A stretch of DNA of 64,000 nt from Obrimoposthia wandeli (taxonomy: Eukaryota): assembly GCA_977020255.1 (NCBI GenBank), contig CDROCS010006901.1, positions 124,001 through 188,000 on the forward strand. The letters run 5' to 3'. This document shows, one piece after another, positions 57,715-64,000 of this stretch (the first letter of the stretch is position 1; each line of letters begins with the position of its first letter). A program made the translations under genes and the position numbers. The notes under the pieces were generated by a model that ran no database searches, was not told the origin of the DNA, and worked only from the letters and a program-made list of their open reading frames with translations.

Positions 57715-60700
57715 AACCTGGAGTTCGTGTATTATTATGGGAGTGAAACCGTTTACAACAGCGGTTCTCAAACTCAGGAACTGTTAGGTTCTATGTGAAG
57801 GTAATAAAATTAATTTAATTAAGAAAACTTAAAAACGTTCTATGACAGATCTGTTTTTTAAAGAATTGGCACAGAAATGCTGTCACAAGATCTACATGAC
57901 ATTAAAAATGATTTTTTTTAAAACGTTGCAATGTTTAATATAAAATTATAAATTAAAAACAACTGGTTTATTACTTCAGGTACATATATTAATAGTTATC
58001 TTAATTAGAAAGTCAGTGTTACTGTTTGATTCTTTGCAGCAACCGGGATTTCATATATGCTTTTACCACATTTAACTTTGTTAATACCTATCTGGGTAAA
58101 AAAGAAAGTCGTTCGTTTGCTTCGGTGTCTCTAGATACTGTTGTAACTCTTCATATTTGTCAATACCTGTTTCTGACTGATGAAAGACCCAAAATACATC
58201 TACAGATACCTCTAAATTATCTATCATTACATAGTTAGAGAAATCAAATAGCAAAAGCCCTAAGGTCTTTAATTTCATGAGTTATGTTCTTTTGAAAACG
58301 ATTATTTACAATTCAAAATTGACATCAATAAAATTAATTTAAAAAATTAGGTAAAATATCAATGTTAAGGTCCCAGGCAGCTACATCAGCGTCATCCGTG
58401 TGGCTTTTCTTTGTTTGGTAGCACATGAGGTTTAGAAAATGTCTCAAGAATGGAAACAGTCACTGGATTGGTTTTTATCGCAATAATGATATTTCATTAA
58501 ATTTGTTAAAAATTTGTTTTTAAATTCATTATGTATTTGGTTAACTCAAGATGTTTCTGTTTAGAAGATATTGTAAAACGGAATTTGTTGAAAGTTTGGT
58601 TACGCTATAACCTAGATGGGTCAGATTGTGTCAAGTTTTACGGGTACGATCTTAGTAAGGACCACTAACTAGAAGTCGATCTTAGTAAGGACCACTAACT
58701 AGAAGTCGATCTTAGTAAGGACCACTAACTAGAAGTCGATCTTAGTAAGGACCACTAACTAGAAGTCGATCTTAGTAAGGACCACTAACTAGAAGTCGAT
58801 CTTAGTAAGGACCACTAACTAGAAGTCGATCTTAGTAAGGACCACTAACTAGAAGTCGATCTTAGTAAGTCGACGTCTAGCTGGTGAAAGTTCATTAATG
58901 ATGTGGGTTGCAATATGTGGCAGTAAAAGTCAGATTTGCAATTAGACACAGAAAACTTGAATACAGTGGAGTAATCCTTAGGCGACTGACAAACCTTCCT
59001 TAATAGCCGATTTGCTACTGAAGTGACGTGCCTTTTAGCGTCGCTCTGGTGTATTTGAACAATATTAACCTAAATCTGGATATTACTGGCATGACGTGTT
59101 TACAAAAACGGTTGTCAATTTAAATCAAAGAATGAAATTATTGATCAGAAAATATTTATTTATGCTTTGACAGAGATTAGGTATTACAATTTACCGAAAG
59201 CATGACCACATAAAGGCTTTGCTACAAAATATTGTAACGAAATAAATTTATTATTTAGCGTTTCTTGTAACCTGTTAATTTTCTATTTAAATGATTTGGT
59301 ATAATATTTAAATTTTGTTAGAAATCGCTTATTTAATTAAGGGATTTATCTTATAAATTGCACGAAACAAATTGAAATAATGAATTAAATAAGTATAATT
59401 TATTATGAATCTCATGGAATTTTTGTTATTTATTACTGTTTGCAACTGATTCGACTGTTGTATAAGAATGATTTATGAAAAGATAAATATTTGAAATGTA
59501 AGTCTCTAGATTTTACATATAAATACATTGGTGGACATTTCATCTTGAATATATAGCAAAATCGATTGAAATTTTATAAATGTTTTTAAACATAATTTAA
59601 ACCTTTTTAACTCACTGTCATTTGATTGAAATTTGTGTGTGAGTGACAAATCGGGCATCTTCAGATATGCTAATTACAGGAAGTTGGCTCGACTGGTATA
59701 TGTGGCCACTCGTGAGACTATTGGGATCCAGACCTCATCAATGGACAATATGGCGGTTCAATCATTTGAGAAGAGTCCATTGCACTTTTTAGTGCTCTAG
59801 TTTGAATATACCGACAACTAATAAATTTCTATCTCTAGTCTGACATTTTTAATAAAGAATTATGAAAAGATTGGCACTCTAATTGAGATGTGTACTTTTT
59901 CAAGCTAACTCTTTTTGTTTACTTTTAATTTTGGATTTATGTTTCTGAAGTACAGCCTAACGACTAACATTTTTTATTTCAATAATATTAGAACATTTCG
60001 CTGTGTTGTTGACTGAATAATTTTTTAAATTTTTTGCAATTTTTTTTAGGTGCTTTTTTTTTTTTTTTTACTGTTTTTCGGTATACAATTTGTATTATTT
60101 TAATATAAAAAGCTAATATTTATTTAATATATTTTGTACTCTGGTTGTTCTGTTTTTTCAGTGATGTTGTTTAATGAAAATATTCTGATCCTAAACAAGT
60201 AGAATAAAAGAGCACCATTGTGAAATTCGGGTTAGTCCGATGATCAGGTAAAAAGTTATTCTATAAGTTATGCATTTTTTAGTATAAATATCTAAACATT
60301 TAGTCATTTTAATTAATATTCATTGCGTGTTTTGATATAATTTTTTAAAATATTTTTTAAATTCTCACAGGGGTTGAAATTTTAACAGAACTTTTTGAAG
60401 ATTTATCTAATTTGTCTAATAAATGACCTGGTTCTATCTGTACAATCAGCCGATTTATCTTATATTTTTTGATGCGGAGCGATTGAATTAGTACTGGTGC
60501 ACATTGATGTACTATGTTACGAGTAATTTGGTGTTGAAATTACTTGGGTGTCTTTATGGGTTTAATATAGCTGATTTTAAATATTATACATGTATATTAC
60601 AATATTTTATTTATCTTCTTATTTACTTTTTAAATATTAGATTTTTATTTTATATTTATTCTTATTTAATTTAAATATAGTTTAAACAATTTATTACATC

Positions 60701-61936
60701 AATTTATTCTTCTTAATTACGAAATTAGAATATTTTATTCTATTTCTTTTCAATTTATTATATTATTTCATAAAATATCCTTGTTTAAACGCATCATTTA
60801 TGGGCATCCATGCAGTACCAACGTGGTACCCTTTGCCTGCTAAATATTTTTACAGTGCCTAAAAATATTTTTTGCAGTGCCTAAAATTGACATTTCCCAT
60901 AATTTCTAAAGCCCACATTAACTTTTTAAACTCAATTTTAAATACATTCTTTCCTTTTTACAAAGCCTTCTTTCTGTTCTAATGCATAGTATGATGCGTG
61001 CTGGCTTGTAAAATTAAATTTAGGTTGCCCACTTTCTTTCGAAAGCTAATTTATGATGTCTACTTTCGGTTAAAATCAAAATTTTATATGCCTAATTTCT
61101 ATTAAAATGCAAATTACAATGCCCATTTTATTTTAAAAGGAAATGTACGATGCCCACAATCTCTTTAAAATGAATATAACGATGCCCACTTGCTTTATAA
61201 ATAATTTGACGATCCCTTCTTCTCTTTAAAATAAATTTAGATGTCCACACTGCACAAATGTCACAAAAAGGGACAACCTAACCCTAAAAACCCAGAAGAT
61301 AATAAGTGTTATGAAAACGGTTTTCAAAAACGGATTCCCGTCACAAATTGTGTACTACTTAGAATTTCAGTGAAAGAAAATATTATTTAGTGCCCCAGTG
61401 AAAAAATAGGCGTGTAATTTGCATTATGTGATACCTGTGCAGATTATCTTTCAAAGGGATTTTAAGACACTGCTTTCGAAGTTTTAAAATGTGTAGAACT
61501 TGTTTCTAGACTATTTCAGACACGGGCTACACGCTCATTTTAACGACAACTAAATTTAGTATATTTTTTCATGTGTCTATAGGCCTACACTGCACAATTG
61601 TCACAAAAGGCACAACCTAACCCTAGAAAACCAAGAAGATAATAAGTGTTATGAAAACAGTTTTCAGAAATGGATTCCCCGTGTCACGTTGTGTTATAAT
61701 CCAGAGTTTCAGTTAAAGAAAATATTTATAGGTGCCCCGGTGAAAAAATAGGCGTGTAAATTGCATTAACTGGTACATGTGCACATATATTTTCAATAGG
61801 ATTTTGAGACATTGCTTTCGGATTTCTAAATTGTGTCGAACTTAGTTCTAGACTATATCTGTAACGGGCTACATGATGGTGATAAAGAAATCAGAAACGA
61901 AAACTATCTTAATATTTTATTAGGCATGTATATCAA

Positions 61937-62075
61937 GTCAGCAAAGGTACCACAGGGATAACTGGCTTGTGGCGGCCAAGCATCCATAGCGACGTCGCTT
62001 TTTGATCATTCGATGTCGGCTCTTCCTATCATTGCGAAGCAGAATTCGCAAAGCGTCGGATTGTTCACCCATTAA

Positions 62076-62106
<31 letters not shown>

Positions 62107-62233
62107 AAGACAGGTTAGTTTTACCCTACTATATACATTGTCGTTGTGATGGTAATTCTGCTCAGTACGAGAGGAACCGCAGATTCGGATCTCTGGTAAG
62201 TGTGCTTGATCGACCGATCAGTGGCACGACACC
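61937..62233 (+). pseudogene. 28S rRNA fragment A, unit 4
   Basis: Same as unit 1. Confidence 0.95.
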
Positions 62234-62727
62234 TTCAATTTTTAAAGGCCTCTAACCACTGAAAAACTACTCTACCACTATTGTCCCCACCACACACTTT
62301 TGCAACGCTCACAATTACCATAGCCAACTACAACTCATCGAGCCCTACAATTTGCTGCTACTCTCGCTCTAATATACTCACTATTCGCGAAGTTATGCAA
62401 TTTAATACCTCAATCTTTTCCGCTAATTTCTCTGCAAATACCCAATCTCATTTTCACTTTTACACTACAGTATTAGAATTCAGATTTCGGCACAACATAT
62501 CTACATACTATATCGACGACGGGCTACACGTTGGTGATAACGGTTTACACAACAAAATTCATCTTCGCATTAATCTAGGCCTTGTAATGGTACAAATGTC
62601 ATTTTTACCCCTACATACCCTGAAACACCATTAAGACAACAAGTTGGACTGAAACCGTTACGCTAGAACGATTCCCCGTGTTTAGTTACATATTATATCA
62701 AATTTCCACAACATATAAAAATTAAGG

Positions 62728-62785
62728 TGACATTCATGGCACTAGGCAGAAATCACATTGCGTCAAAGCCGGTTACCAGCCGTCG

Positions 62786-62816
<31 letters not shown>
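62728..62816 (-). pseudogene. 28S rRNA fragment B, unit 4
   Basis: Same as unit 1. Confidence 0.9.
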
Positions 62817-64000
62817 AATCTAGACCATTCAGTAACCAGTCAAGACTATGGTTGTAAAAATAATTAAAATATTTTCCCAAAGGCATTTAATAAATTTTAT
62901 ATAATTTGGAAATTTGATATAATATGTAACTGAACATGGGGAATCGTTCTAGCGTAACGGTTTTAGTCCAACTTGTTGTCTTCCAGGTGTTTCGGGGTAT
63001 GTAGGGGTTGAAAATGACATTTGTACCATTACAAGGCCTATATTAATGTGAATATAATTTCTTTTGTGAAAACGGTTGTCACCATCGTGTAGCCCGTCGT
63101 CGATATAGTATGTAGAGTGTTTTCCAAGAAATTTGATTCTCTAATGATAAGGAGGGAAAATATTTCCAACAATATTAGGCCTACAAGACAATAGTTAGGA
63201 AAACTAATTCCTAAGACCTTTAATAATTTTCATATTTGATAAAACTTTGATACAAGTTTTGAGCGCATTAACTTCATGGGAACTACGTAGAGAAAGATTT
63301 AGGCGTGTAATTTAGATTAAAAAATCGAGTATAGGCATCGCAAAATCTTTTAGGTAGGGTACCTGCTAAATTTTGTAAGTGACAATTTTTATTTTCCAAA
63401 TCGAAAATAATTTGGTCGTCAAATTTAATTTTTAAAAAATGTAAAATGTCATTTTTAGGCATCGCATTTTGAAATTTAATTTTTAAAAATGTAAAATGTA
63501 TTTTTTAGGCATCGCATTTTGAAATTTAAATTTTAAAAAATGTAAAATGTCATTTTTAGGCATCGCATTTTGAAATTTAATTTTTTAAATGTCATTTTTA
63601 GGCATCGCATTTTTGAATTTAATTTTTAAAAAATGTAGTATGTAGCGTTTGTGCATAACATTTTAAATTTAATTTTTTAAAAAATGTAAAATGTAGATTT
63701 TAGGCATCGCATTTTACGCTACACACTATGTGGCGACGTATCTCTATTTTAGCCAGATAGTTGACAGTTGAAAATGAATCCAAACTATCATCCGACAGAG
63801 AAGCACCACTCATGACGACGTGTATCTCTATTTTAGCTGATAGTTGACAGTTGAAAATAAATCCAAACTATCATCAAAAACTATCCGACAGAGAAGCCGA
63901 CAATATGTAACTGTACACTTACTGGGGCCACTGACTGACGATAATCTAAGTACAAAGGGATACAACCTCATGTAGATTTTCCTCAGCCTCAGCTAATGTA

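Larger units (their letters stand above)
56200..64000. repeat. Macro-repeat unit 4 (partial, more diverged in its distal half)
   Basis: Same sequence order; runs off the window end. Confidence 0.95.

Noticed and set aside
59950-61000. Clustered substitutions in unit 4 (~59950-60060, ~60980-61000)
   Set aside because: Local homopolymer-rich scrambling looks like low-quality consensus rather than biology; needs raw reads
25186-64000. Functional rDNA array (10-kb period plus 28S sequence)
   Set aside because: Only ~390 bp of 28S per unit, in opposite orientations; no 18S, 5.8S or remaining 28S recognised

Overview
AT-rich animal genomic DNA. The host is possibly a flatworm, inferred from TDP-43 style and short introns and not proven. 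The window has three parts. (1) 1-17767, minus strand: a very large Ty3/Gypsy LTR retroelement, about 19.8 kb if the left LTR is full length. It has 2.5-kb LTRs that look identical over the 403 bp comparable, an elongator-tRNA-Met PBS with a PAS-like second tRNA-pairing box, and a PPT. Its coding order is unusual: Gag(CCHC) / Ub-SUMO-like - AT-hook - Bcl-2-like - signal peptide - chuvirus-type glycoprotein - TM - protease 1 - BIR / BIR - IAP-type RING - protease 2 - RT / RNase H / integrase - 3 repeated beta-rich domains / 3' membrane-protein ORF. This reads as an env-bearing retrovirus-like element with an apparent anti-apoptotic toolkit. (2) 22035-23865, plus strand: a four-exon TDP-43 (TARDBP) orthologue. 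(3) 25186 to the window end: a tandem array of ~10.3-kb units (3 complete, 1 partial). Each unit carries a type III hammerhead ribozyme with all core nucleotides and three stems present, a ~300-nt sense 28S rRNA fragment (peptidyl-transferase loop plus sarcin-ricin loop), and a ~90-nt antisense 28S fragment in the loop of a ~250-bp inverted repeat, plus several internal satellites. All domain calls come from manual motif recognition; no database search was run.
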